DNA from: Leptogorgia sarmentosa
Lineage: Eukaryota
Assembly: GCA_964658305.1 (NCBI GenBank)
Contig: OZ210885.1
Coordinates: forward strand, 930,001-994,000
Reading direction: 5' to 3'
DNA length: 64,000 bases
How positions within the stretch are numbered: the stretch's first letter is position 1; the number at the start of each line of letters is the position of its first letter. The position numbers and the translations under genes are program-made. The notes under the pieces were generated by a model. It was not told where the DNA came from, did no database searches, and saw only the letters and a list, made by a program, of their open reading frames with translations. Shown here in pieces: positions 51,843 to 64,000 of this stretch.

Positions 51843-52661
51843 CAGTGGATGTGTAAACCAGAAACTGGTCTGCCTGAAAAATGGTTTCCATTAAAGTTTT
51901 CTACACTGATGTGTTCTCGAAAATTCAAATGAATTTTGGCAAAATGAGAGGAACTTAATATTTTATCAAGGTTCTAAAAATAATACAACTAGAACAAAAT
52001 TTCGTCAGACTTCGGCAATATGTGAGAAATATCATGAATCGGGGAAAATTCTGGATTGTTCTTCATTGTGGAAATAGTTGTATCAAGCCAAGTCATGCGA
52101 TGTATTTGTGGATTTTGAAATAAATTTTAATAAGTGGGAGCAAGCTGATATTTGAATATTAATTCAGTTGTTAATCAATATGCAAGATAGATGGGCAAAG
52201 TTCCAACCACAACGTTGACTCTGTGGTCAGAGAGTAGTTGAAAATGACCTCTAGAACATGGACAGACATGATATCTCTGGATCAGCACTTTTGCTTATTA
52301 TGTTCAAAACACACAGGTATTATAAATTCTGCAGAACTTTTCACACGCAATGTGACATTTTTTAGATTAATTGACATAACACAACTTTTAAATATTGCAA
52401 ATGCACCGAGAAAAAACAAATTTAGAAGAGATGTGGCTAAGTTTAAAACTCCAAAATTTGAATTAAATTTTAAAATGGACAGTTTGCACAATGTAAACGA
52501 AAAATCAATAATTTTGGCAGTTAATTCCATGCATCAAACAGTTTTCATTGAAATTTGAGATGTAATGTTATTATATTGTATTTATAAGTCGAGTAGTCGA
52601 GTCAAACGAAGCATTATTGAGAGGTTACAGTGAAATCGTCTCAAAGTCTCTCAAATTTTGT

Positions 52662-52891
52662 CAGGGGCCGATTGTACGAAGCCCGTTTGGTTTATAAGCC
52701 AAAATTTTGAAACATCCTCGCACATCGTGTAAATGAATATAAAATTTTATGCACTATAAATATAGCGGTTTTCTGAATCGAAAACTATTCAGGCTTGTTG
52801 GTCAGTGAGTCGACACTTTTGTTCATTTTTCTGCGCATCTGCCATTTAATCCAAATTCCAAACGGACTTCGTGTATATGAACTGCCTCTGG
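52662..52891. mobile_element. Degenerate MITE
   Basis: CAGGGGCCGATTGTACGAAGCCCGTTTGG pairs imperfectly with CCAAACGGACTTCGTG...AACTGCCTCTG. Confidence 0.45.
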
Positions 52892-53545
52892 TTGGTTAAA
52901 AATGTAATCAATTTCAATCATATACTACTTTAATACGTCATTATATAGCTAGGTGAGAAGGCTTTTAATTGTTTGACTTGGAAATTCTCATCGACTGTTA
53001 GGCCTAATTCAGGCATTGAACTTTTCAAGTGACGAACCTAATTTTAGTGAACTAAGTTCGTTGTTTGAGTTCATTTGCAATGAGGTTTGCCACATGAAAA
53101 GTTTGACGTCTGAACTAGGTTTCGTACAAGTGTTACAAAGATCTTATGTCTGTTTCCAAAAGGACGTTATTTTTAGCTGTCATTCGTTTGTTTATCAGCG
53201 AAAGTCTGGTGACCATAAACGACTGGTAAAAACAGAAAACATCAATGTCCTAGGGATAGAACAAATTAAGAATATTTCGACTACGCTGCAAACGACACTC
53301 TTATATGGTCACCGGCGTTCGCTAAAGGATAACGAGCGACAGATAATTCCGGAAATTGGAAACTATAGCTTCCATGCATGCAAGTCTTGCTCCTATCAAT
53401 GACATCAGCGAAAATCCGCTATGTATATATGGCAGAGTTGTTATGGAAAACCTGGGTCAATATGTGGCCATGTATAACAACATCAACAAGCAGCAAATGA
53501 TCCACTCGAATGTGTTATTGTCCAACAGTGAATACATGCAATTAA

Positions 53546-53740
53546 AGGTTTCTTCCAGTTACGCGTTTTCACACGTATACGTGTACGCACGTAAAAGTCT
53601 AAAATCTAAATCCCTCTATAGTTCATTTTATTAATAAAATATACCTTTAGAAACACATACTACATCATTCAAAGCATGAGATGCTTTACGTTTATTCATG
53701 TGGTTCATATAGAAACTGACGCGTAACTGGAAAGCAGCCT
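53546..53740. mobile_element. Harbinger-like MITE
   Basis: AGGTTTCTTCCAGTTACGCGT ... ACGCGTAACTGGAAAGCAGCCT with TAA/TAT flanks. A second copy lies at 46304-46530. Confidence 0.65.
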
Positions 53741-54786
53741 TATAACTTCTGCTGCTTGTTGCCGGCGGATATTGTGAGAAATCAGGCTAACTTAACCGTT
53801 CATGTCTGAAGCTCTTGTCTCCATAACACAATAACTCGAACTTATCTGTTTATTTCTTTTTTACCAACTGGAATGTATGTATTCTGTAATTTCAATGTAT
53901 ATTTACAAAAGAATTAATATAATAATAAAAATATGATGTGCATAATATAATTATATTATTCTTGTCTTGCTCAATGTTAGTTGTCGAGGCCATAAATATG
54001 TATATTTGAAATTGTGGTTATGAACTTTCGCACGTTTGGAAACTTTGCACGGCATTTTTCACATTTATTTTACAACATATTTCGGACGAAACTTTGACTA
54101 TATACTAGTTTAAAGCTGCAATCATCCATTGAAAAGGATTTTCCTTGCATACCGTAATTTCATTTCGAAATATTCGGTTTCTATTTTCAATAATAGTACT
54201 TGAACATGCTCATCACCTCCTAATACTACAGTTGAGACATGTAAACTTAGCAAATGCACGCCTTCATTTTGCTTACGTATTCTTCACGTGTCAAACAGTC
54301 TTCACTATAATACATCTCTCAAATGTAGAATTGCCTTTCAAGTTGCAAGAGAAATTGCGCATGCATGTATGTGACCGGACCTCAAGTGGTGACTCAAAAC
54401 TAAAAATCACACATCCCGATATTCTCATTCCAGCTTACATGTCAGTATTTTTGCAACCGATATGCTCATTCCAAGTTCACACTTGGAACTCTAAACCTGG
54501 CTAGATATGATTAAATTAAAATCCTGTGTTAGGCTTACTGAAACCTAAATTTCTCGCTAACTATTTTCTCAGTAAAATTTAACAGATTTAATAGCCATTG
54601 CTCAGTCATAAGCCGAATTTTAGTGCATGCTTCGATCAACTGAAACCGCATCACAGCTTGGCGATTGTCTATCTTTTTTTTTATTCCAATTCTGCAAATC
54701 CAAGGGCCGTTTCATTTGAAAGTCCGACAACGTTTTTTGAACCGTTGTGAAAGTACATGTATGCATGGCAAGTACATGTATGTATG

Positions 54787-54933
54787 CAAGGCCGTCGGTA
54801 GCCGGGGGGGGGGCGCTTGAGCCCCCCAATACTTTAGGGCTTACCCCCAAGCAGCGCGAACGCCTTCGGCATTCGCCTAGTGCTGAGGCTTCTGGCGAGC
54901 CCCCCCAATGTATATTTGCTTCCGACGGCCTTG
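54787..54933. mobile_element. Small GC-rich hAT-like MITE
   Basis: TIR CAAGGCCGTCGG(T/A)AGC at both ends with internal G/C runs. The TSD is not clean. Confidence 0.6.
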
Positions 54934-57388
54934 ATATGCAAAGTATGTGTGTACATGAAAAGATACATGTATGTATAAATTGCAGATATGGGCCTGGCAA
55001 TTAATAAAAGCCTCAACTCTAAAATATCAATGTTTCATCTAAATTAATCAGATCGATCAACGGGTTATTTCAGAAGCCTGAAAACACCGCTATCCTGTGG
55101 CATGAGTAACGGTATCCATCCTTCGAGCAACCTGCCTCACTAACGTACTGTATATGCTCGATCGAGAATTGGAATCTATCGAAACATGACTATCGAACAG
55201 AAAGATAGATTTGATCAGTTCTGCAAAAGCCGTGCAATATATGCTCTGATTCTATAATAAGGCCCTCCTCAGTCAAGCGTGTCTCATGAGCGCATTTTGT
55301 ACGAAAGAAATTCTGCCCCTCATCACACACCTGGAAAAAAAGATCAGCAATTATTTTTTGCTATAATATAATTTTACCCGGTTAACGTAATGGAAAGTAG
55401 CTAATTATAGGCCTATAATGTAACGTGTGAAATCCTGAAAGATTTAACTTTAAAAGCGCGTGAAAAGATGTAGTCATGCATAACTCCAATAAAAGTCAAG
55501 CTAGCTGCTTCTCAGTAATAAAAACTCGGTTCAGTCGCCAAAAAATGAGACAAAAACCTGCGCAATGTTTACGTTGATAAGTGATAACAACAAGCTGTTT
55601 CTAAATGACGCACGTGTTTGCTTTCCCGCGCTATGTTGTCGGAAAAGATCAATGTATAGCATTTATTATCTTGACAATAGAAGAACTACTGATTACTAAT
55701 GAATCACTCAAAATAAATGCATGCATAAGTCATTACCTATGTAATTACACAAACAATAATAATTAAGCATACTCGACACATTCTAGAATGAACGGGCAGC
55801 TTCAGCTTTTTTCTGTAGCAGATTTATCTGAATAGGTTAGCCTTTCGTTCATGCTGGACTTCGGTTTTATGGTAACGGATCTTAGATCTAGTTAAGATTA
55901 ATGCCAAATCTCATGCAGTCGTTACGTTAACCCTTACCCAATCCCCCCTTTATTTTACAATTTATACGTTGGATACGAACTTTAACTACAGTTAAAAGGA
56001 AGCGAATTTTGAATGAATTGATGTGACCAGTGAAAGTATTTTTTATACAGTAATTGCAACCGATTCAAATCCGATCTTCTAAAATTAGCATGCCGTCAAT
56101 TTTTTTATTATCCTGAATTTTTAGACTGGATGATGCAGCAATTTTTATATAATCATATAGAGCGCAAAGTTATACTAGAACCTGATTGGCTAAATTTTTA
56201 CTAAGAATGTTTTTGTGTCATTTCACGTCGGACATTTTATGGCTTCCTCGCAGTATTTTTCGTGTGTGAAATTGAAAAGTTGAATTAGTTTCAAAGCAAT
56301 TTGGTAAATATTAAAGGAAATTTATCGAGTGAACCTGTCGTTTATATCATTTGAATGATATCGCTCATTCCATTTCCCAACATTTTTAAGCGACATTCAT
56401 AAATAATGTAGTCCCGCACGGAGTGCCCAATCTAAATCCTGAAGTTGACATTCAATTCCTAGCGATTTATATTCGAATAAACCTTATTTTCAATATGATT
56501 AACATGGAATCGCATTGGGTCTTCGTAAAATAAAGGTTTATTTTCACTGAAACCATGAAAACACGCGTAAAATTAAACCGTAATTTACCTATACTAATAT
56601 TCAGAATTATTCATTGTGCTTAGAAACATTACTTTTTTTCTCGTGTTGAAATGCATTTCATTACCTCTGAATATACTATTCTGAACATTTATTAATAAAT
56701 TATATACATTCTGAATAATTTACCTCAATTTTAGGAAATTTTCTGTACATTATAACAAACACATGTACAGTAATTACATATTGTAGAAAATTAGAATTCG
56801 TTAGCCTACCTACAAATTTTTAATTAACCAACAAAAGAAATTAGGTAATAAATAATAATAAATTTAAATTATCTCTTCAAAGTAGACCGCCATCGAGACC
56901 TATAATTATATTTTGTACTTCTATGAGTAAAATTATTATAGGCTATGTTTTGCTTCAATGGTTAAAATATCCAGAAATATCAATATTATATTTTTGAGTT
57001 ACCTTAAGGATGGTTAAATTACACCAAACGTCTGATTAAAATATCAATAATAAATTTTGCTTCAATTTTTCGACACAATACATTCATTTGCTTACACATT
57101 AGCGATTTTTAATGACCCCGGACCATGCATCTGTTGTTAGTAAGAGGGAAAGAACATTGGAGGGAAAATTAAAGTTCGTCCAAGGAAAAAATTAAAATAT
57201 GCATACAGAAATTCAATTCGTTAAAGTATTTCTCAAACGTTTTTATGTAGTGTATAGGGTCTCAGATTTTAGCGAATGCATTTAAATCAAACTGATTGTA
57301 AATTGTATCGCTTTGCGAGAGCATCGTTATTAAGCACATCTGGCTTTTCCCACCCTTTGATAATTAAGGATATATTGTTGGTCAAGCA

Positions 57389-57473
57389 GTATAAAAGTGG
57401 ACTGTTTTGAACTTCTGCTGCAGAAAAGGTGCTCCTGACCGAGAGAAATCAAAGACTGTTGTGTCAGGTAGGT
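57389..57473 (+). promoter_or_regulatory. Probable TATA box and short non-coding first exon of the downstream Cys-rich gene
   Basis: GTATAAAAG at 57389 and donor CAG|GTAGGT at ~57467. Confidence 0.45.
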
Positions 57474-58418
57474 AAAGTATTATCAAAAAAAGAACTTATT
57501 TTAATTCAACTAATGTAGGAAAAAAAATCTTTTACCAGAAGATTGAAAAATATTATAGAAAATGCATAGAAACAATTTTGGGTGTGAAAATTTTTTAGGG
57601 AAATCATGGAGTCTCTGTTTCCCTACAGAAAATTCATTTTTTTTATATTGTGAGAATAATCTCCCTCATGCCCTAAAGCTGGTTATTTCTATATTCTTAG
57701 CATATTTCTTTAATTTTAACTCTTAATATTAGTCAAGAAAAAATATGTACAGGCAAGACATTTACGTTATGATCGAAGTGCATGGAACACTCGTTATAAC
57801 TATTGTGTTAAAATAAAATTTAGAGACGAAAAGAAAATGAAGACCATTGCGCTGATTCTCGCCGTTCTTTCGATTTATTTTGACGGTATGTATTAATTTC
57901 AATCCTGTATTCCACATTCCACAATATACTAGTGTAGGAAATTCGGAGCAAATTTGTAAGTGGTGTTTTAAATTCACGAATGTTAGAATTACGTTCGATC
58001 ATGGCATCATGCATGGCAAATTGCATGCATGGCGTTGGAAAGGTGGGTTTGCTTTCAGGCAATGGGGTGTGGAGACTGAAATGTTTTTGATCTATTTAAT
58101 TTTTGAGCGCTCAGAAATTAAACTAAAAACGTCAGTTGTTGCATGAGTTTACGTAAATAGCTAATTGAAAAAAAATATTTTCCTTACAATAATTATATGT
58201 CTCAAGGTGACACAATTCATTCACAAATAGCTATTATATTGAACGACTTAGACAGATCCTTCCATATCAGGATTTGCGCGCTTGGAGTTGTAGTTCAAAC
58301 ATTTGAGGTTTTTTCAAGGACATCTTTTTTTAATACAGATACATGCACCTGTGGATTTTCAGGTACAGACACAAGCTCATGGATCACAAAACACTAAATC
58401 TTTATTTTTTCATTATAG

Positions 58419-61400
58419 TGCTGGATGCAAAATGCGATTGTCCGTATAAATATAAAAGGATCGGATGCTTTAAAGACAGAAGAGGCTCTGAAGCTCTTCC
58501 TAAGATGTTGGCCAATGAGAGAGACAAATACAGTGTTTACTACAACGGTCATGATATCGATTGGGCTGATTGGGCAAATTATCTGCCCCAGATGACTTGC
58601 CGTTGTGCGAAGGCTGCTATAGACAAGGGATTTAAGTATTTTGGTCTTCAGTTTTGGGGTAAGTAAAACATTATTTAATCCCTAGAGACTCAAATCGATC
58701 ATTGTTTGCACGGTACAGATATGAATTTGCAAACATTGTGCATTAAAAAAAATAATTCGTGTAAACAACAATAGCCGCAAATTGCGCGGCTGATCTGAGG
58801 GCATTTCCCAGCCCAAAGCCGAGGTAAATGTAAATGTCCTGGAAACGAAGTTGATCTGAGAACTTATTGTGATCTTTCTTTGTAGGTGAATGTTGGTCTG
58901 GTCCCTCGCCTTCAGGAGAATTTGAATACAGTAAATATGGCTCAGGTGATGATTGTTATGGTCCTGAATACAAATTGTGCCAGAGTGACGATATCAACTG
59001 CGTTGGAGCTCCAAGTCACAACTTCGTTTATGAAATTGGTAAGACCTCAGAGACTGCTCATATGGGGAAAATTATAATATGGCCAAATAATTTTGTTGTG
59101 TTTATTATTATGGAGAAACCTTTCCCCGCTTACCGAGTGAAGTTACTTCCCTTGAGGTAGCTAACTAGCACTGATGTGACTGGCTATCAGGTTGCTGACA
59201 CAATAGAAAGGTTTTTTGCTAAGTAGAAAAGTTTTAACCGATATGTTGTCACCATAATTACGTGGTATTCGTTTTATCGAGCAACAAGCGAGATCTCGGT
59301 ATACTCGGGAAAAATTTTCGTCCCATGTGACTTTTTCATATAATTTCCATAAAGATTTCGCTTGTAAACCAGTCAAAACGTTCTCTTGAAACTTGCATTG
59401 GCGACGTTTGTCTATGAGCGAAAACCAAATTTTGTCAAAGAAAAAAACATGTTTTTGTCGAGAAAATAAGAATATACTACAAGAAAATGATATTCTTTCA
59501 ATTCGGATATGATGTAATTAGTTGAAAAGTTTAGCATATTAATCCGGCAGAAATTTTTATTGCCGCGGCTGGTTCTTACTACTGTAAGATAAAAAGAATA
59601 TTACACTGCGCTTTATCTATCTCGATCATTCGCTGCGCTCATTGGTAAAATATTGTTTTCACCACTGGAGGATAAAATTCATATCTTCGCACCACCGTGT
59701 AACATCCTTCAATATTATTTAGCATAATTTAGCCCTTTGTATTTTCTAAAAACCTTCTTCTTATTTTTTTGTCAGAAACTTATGAATGCGATGTTCATTT
59801 TGAAAAGATTGGTTGTTACAAAGATAACGCTGCAAGTCGTAGTGGAAATGAATATGTTCTGAATGCACGCAACCGTATCGATTGGTACAACTATGACATT
59901 TTTCTACCACAATTTGCTTGTGATTGCGCTAAGAAAGTCGTCGAGGCAGGACATGACACGTTTGGAATGCAATTTTACGGTACGGTGAATAAGTAGTACA
60001 AGGGTAAAGTGAGCTTAATACAGTAGCATGCACGCAATATCTGGCGTTTTAAGCAACATTTTTGTCTTTATGTCGTTGTCTTTAAGTGTTTATCTTTTTA
60101 TTTCCATGTCTTTACAATATATAATCTATTTATACATTAATCATATCAAAAACCTACCTTCTACAACCTGAAGACTTCTTCTGGATGAAAAAGCAGAAGT
60201 TTTTGAGATATTGCCGGATTAATATGCATTAAGCACTAACTCGTTATTACATACATATATTCAGCATTTCAGCTGAGACCCCATTTTATTTGGGCATTTC
60301 AGTGGCTGGTTACATTAAGTACTACACTAACCTGTGTTTCTTAGTTTCAATACGCGTCTTTAAAAACTCTCATTTGTTCAAGGTTAAATATAAGAACAGG
60401 ATGCATGCTACAATGTTGTGCTGCCCACATTGTTCATATGTAGTGATGAACAATATTGCTTAGCATTGTTGAGCCTGAGTCAGCCTGCAATCAGGTGCCA
60501 CAGTGCTGACAACAATGCGCGGGGTACAGTATTGCATCCTGTTTTCTACAATTACCCATAAACACAATCTTACCGTTACAATGACGTTTGCATAATTTGC
60601 GTATGCGCAATGATTTTGTTACGCAGTGTGACTACAGATTAAGACAAAATATTGTTAAATAGATCATATCAATGCCATTGTACTTTTGTTTATCGTGCAG
60701 GTGAGTGCTGGACAGGTGAGAAATTTGATCAGATGTATTACATTGAGGAAGGAGAATCAACCAACTGCATTAACCCATGTTATAAAGATTGCCAATTGTG
60801 GGATCCATTTTGCATCGGTGGAAATAATGCCAATGAAGTTTATCGCATAAGTGAGTACTAATGTTTTTGTTTTGGTAGGGGCTTTGAGAATTGAATTGAA
60901 TGGTACATGAACGACAGTATGTATATACTATGTCTGATAAGAATAATCATGGCATTTTTTTTTGTTTTTATTTAGTTCATTCTGGGTGCGACATGAAATA
61001 TAAAAGCCTGGGTTGCTTCACTGCTACTGATGGGGCAGGCATGAATCCAGCAGTCTCTGAGCTCTTGTTCAACGAAATATCTCCAAGCATCGACAACTTT
61101 AATGGCAATATGTTGATGTTTGATGACTCCTGGGAGACAGCATATCCACAATTGTTGTGTCGCTGTGCACGAGCCGCGGAACAGAAAGGATACGATGTTT
61201 TTGCAATTCGCAATAAAGGTGTGTGCTTCTGCGCGTTGATCCACTTCCACTGCACTTCGTTCAAACTATTTCCTACTGGCTACTGCACGCCTGCCTTCAT
61301 TTAAACCAGTGTTTTCATGCAATTCTGTACGTCTGCATGCACGCCTATACCTTAATTAAACAAGTGTTTTAATGCAACAAAAAATAGAAGATGCGAGGCC

Positions 61401-62162
61401 AGGATTAAACATATAGTGAAGAATCTAAAACGCTCTCTGACCAAATATTAAATATTAAATCCTATCCGTTGAAGGTTACAGACTGGTAACCGAAAGCTCA
61501 ACAAATAAAATTTAATATTCCTTCATAGCTATATATGTTTTAATGCAATTCTGTACGTCTGCACGCCTACTTTAAACCAGTGTTTTAATGCAATTCTCTA
61601 CGTCTGCACGCCTACTTTAAACCAGTGTTTTAATACATTTCTCTACGTCTGTATAGTTTGAAACTCCAAAGAATAAAACTGTAATAAATTATCTTTAAAT
61701 CTATAACAAGTACTCAAAATATTGTTGAGTTTCAACGGTTTAATTAAACATTAATTACACAGGTGTGCAAATAGATAAATTTGGGCTAGCCGTGATAAAT
61801 TTAAAAACAGGTAGTTATCTGATTATGAACAACGGTAAAAGTTTTCCAAGTCCAACATCATGCAAAGCTATATTTGCCGCAATGGCTAGGGTTTCCGGGG
61901 TAGGAGAGAAGCCTGTGTATATAATACTGTGAGAAATGGTAATTTTTGGTTAAAATCCGAGTGATAATAATAATTAATTTTTCACACAGGCGAGTGTTGG
62001 AGTGGACCAAGTTCCAGAGAGACCTATGACCAATATGGAGAAAGTGGTGACTGTATTCGCAAGGAGTTCGAAGCTTGCAAAAACGACACTTTGTGTGCTG
62101 GTGATGAAAATAGCATCAATGTATACGAAGTACTGGGAAGGAATATTTTAATTGGAAAATAA
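58419..62162 (+). CDS. Extracellular Cys-rich protein with three WSC-like repeats (exons 58419-58658, 58886-59038, 59776-59979, 60701-60850, 60976-61218, 61990-62162; 5' coding exon and exact 3' end unresolved)
   Basis: Three repeats of C-x-(Y/F)-xx-(I/L)GC(F/Y)...W...P...CxCA..A...G...F(G/A)....G|ECW(S/T)G...C...C...CxG...N.VY. All five introns are phase 1 and GT-AG. Confidence 0.8.
60394..60544. mobile_element. Small MITE remnant in an intron
   Basis: AACAGGATGCA ... TGCATCCTGTT terminal inverted repeat. Confidence 0.45.
61535..61652 (+). repeat. ~44-bp minisatellite with a detached copy at ~61300-61350
   Basis: TGTTTTAATGCAATTCT(G/C)TACGTCTGCACGCCTACTTTAAACCAG repeated ~2.7 times. Confidence 0.75.
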
Positions 62163-62914
62163 ATGATGAATTACTCGACGTCAACTCAGCAAGGAACGGT
62201 CAGTTATTCACCTATTCATTTATTAATTTATTAACTTAATATGTTTATTATATGAGTATAGAGATTTACGTGCAATAGAGCGGCGAAATAAAATTCGTAT
62301 CTCATTGCATACGATATTTTTCACACGTGAAATTTGCCGTACGAGCGTTCTGATTGGTCAGACGATTTTTTTCACTAGTAAAAATTTATCCTATGAGCGT
62401 TTTGATTGGCTGACGTTCTCCTGCCTCCACCTGCCTCTTCATACTCATGTAATAAACAAATTACTTCACAGTTGGCTCGTTTGTACAATTTTTATTATAT
62501 ACTCTTTATGATTATTAACTTAATAATATGTTTATCCAATTTATTTACAAAAAATCTGAATTATTGTGTTAGAGGTACAGACCTAAAACAGAATGTATTT
62601 ATTATCAATCTATTTTATTTGGGATTGACCGCTAATTTAGCAATTTTTTTCTCTAGATAATGGCGCGGATTTTATGGACACTCCACGTATTTATTTGATA
62701 TCTAAAGTAGCGTAAATTAAATTAGTTTGAAAAAGATGTAACCCGTAGTAGAGTAGAATTAAATTATTTATTGCATTCAAAAAATGGATGTAGCAGTATT
62801 CCCTCTTTTATTTATACCTTTTGCGTGCATCTTTGAACAACTTATATCTCCTAGTCATGGGTTGCGCAACTCTGTTCTGAGCGTGTTGAGAGAAAAACGC
62901 CTTCTTTTTATGTT

Positions 62915-63415
62915 AAAGGTTATTGACTCATTTGACTGAGCGTGAGGTCTGTAGCTACTGTGAAATATCAGACCGAGGTTTTCCGTATGGACTGAGCGAC
63001 GAAGGAGCGAGGTCAATGCAAAAAACTGAGGTCTGATATTTAACAGTACAGACCGAACAAGCGATGTCAATAAACTGTTTATTATATGGCTGAATTGAGT
63101 ATTTGAGCATATGCTTTTCGCGCGAATTAAATCGGCTATCTTCAGTTTCACTGGGGTAACAGTACGGCAGACATATACATGCTCAATAAAAAACAATTTG
63201 GTTGTTTGAAACTTTATCTTTAAATTTTAAATTGGAAAATTAAAAAGCAGAAATCTTTTCCGTTTGCACTTTGTAAGGCGAAATTTCCGACAGATAAACG
63301 ACATCCGGGACACCGGTCAAGATACGGAAAATACGGACCACGGTCCGGATATGGGTTTTTACGGACCGCTTGTCAACCAATCAGAATTATAGAATTTTGA
63401 AAAGCCATATAATAA
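62915..63415. mobile_element. Non-autonomous hairpin-ended (Crypton-like) element f, related to d
   Basis: Hairpin with the same apex GAGCGACGAAGGAGCGAG, IR TTTATTATATGGCT / AGCCATATAATAAA, and CCAATCA at ~63377. The interior differs from that of d. Confidence 0.7.
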
Positions 63416-64000
63416 AACTGCTTATTTGTAAAGCGGAAAATATTTATTTTTATAAACCATATTCCATATTTACACAGATCGCTTCACTCTCTTTCTTGCA
63501 AAGTAACATGTAGCCAGCATGTGCATAATTCAGCAGGACAAACAACTGAACAAGCTATCTTTTGAAGGTCATTGTGTGCGTGGCTATTATTGTGTTATCA
63601 TATAGGCTACAAAACGACTTTGGCAATTGACCTTTTGTCCTGAAATTCATGCAAATATCTGAGCGTGGCAACGAATATGACACATATATATTTTTTTGAA
63701 GGCAAGCTAGGATATAGAAAACGAGTTTGAAATAAGGCAACAGCGGAAACTAACTTTAATTAATCCATGAAAATTACCTCGTCCTTCACTCCTTATGAAG
63801 TCATGGAATAAAGTAAACAGGCCCTGCGGGACAAAACACTTAAATGAACCCGCTGAAAATTCAAAATAAGATGATTGTCATTCAAATATGTCCTCCAGTG
63901 TTTAATTAGCAATGCACTGCTATTGGAAACGTATAAAATAAATTCAATCGAGCATTCCTAACTAAGCCAATTATCACCCTTTGCAGTCTTCCGCTTGTCT

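Noticed and set aside
59580..59715. Further hairpin-element fragments (also ~62255-62410)
   Set aside because: Too partial or degenerate to assign both ends, so not counted among the six elements.

Overview
This is AT-rich, intron-containing animal genomic DNA. Gene and repeat content suggest an anthozoan cnidarian, possibly an octocoral (inference). I assembled five host genes by hand, all on the + strand: a secreted H-type lectin that needs a 4-nt microexon, a ~29-exon ADAM metalloprotease with a duplicated EGF module, a RING/B-box/coiled-coil (TRIM) protein ending in a TLDc domain, an intronless SYD-1-type PDZ ORF, and a cysteine-rich protein with three WSC-like repeats. ADAM intron 3 holds a complete 5.6-kb Mutator-like transposon with a 9-bp TSD and an intact spliced transposase. 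TRIM intron 2 holds a 5.5-kb palindromic 31-bp satellite. The intergenic DNA contains a 253-bp tandem hammerhead-ribozyme unit (retrozyme/Penelope-like), a Kolobok-type foldback element and many MITEs. It also holds at least six mostly sequence-divergent Crypton-like elements that share one architecture: a terminal hairpin with a cGNAg apex, a short inverted repeat and a CCAATCA motif. Exon boundaries were read by eye from GT/AG sites and frame continuity, and no database searches were run.
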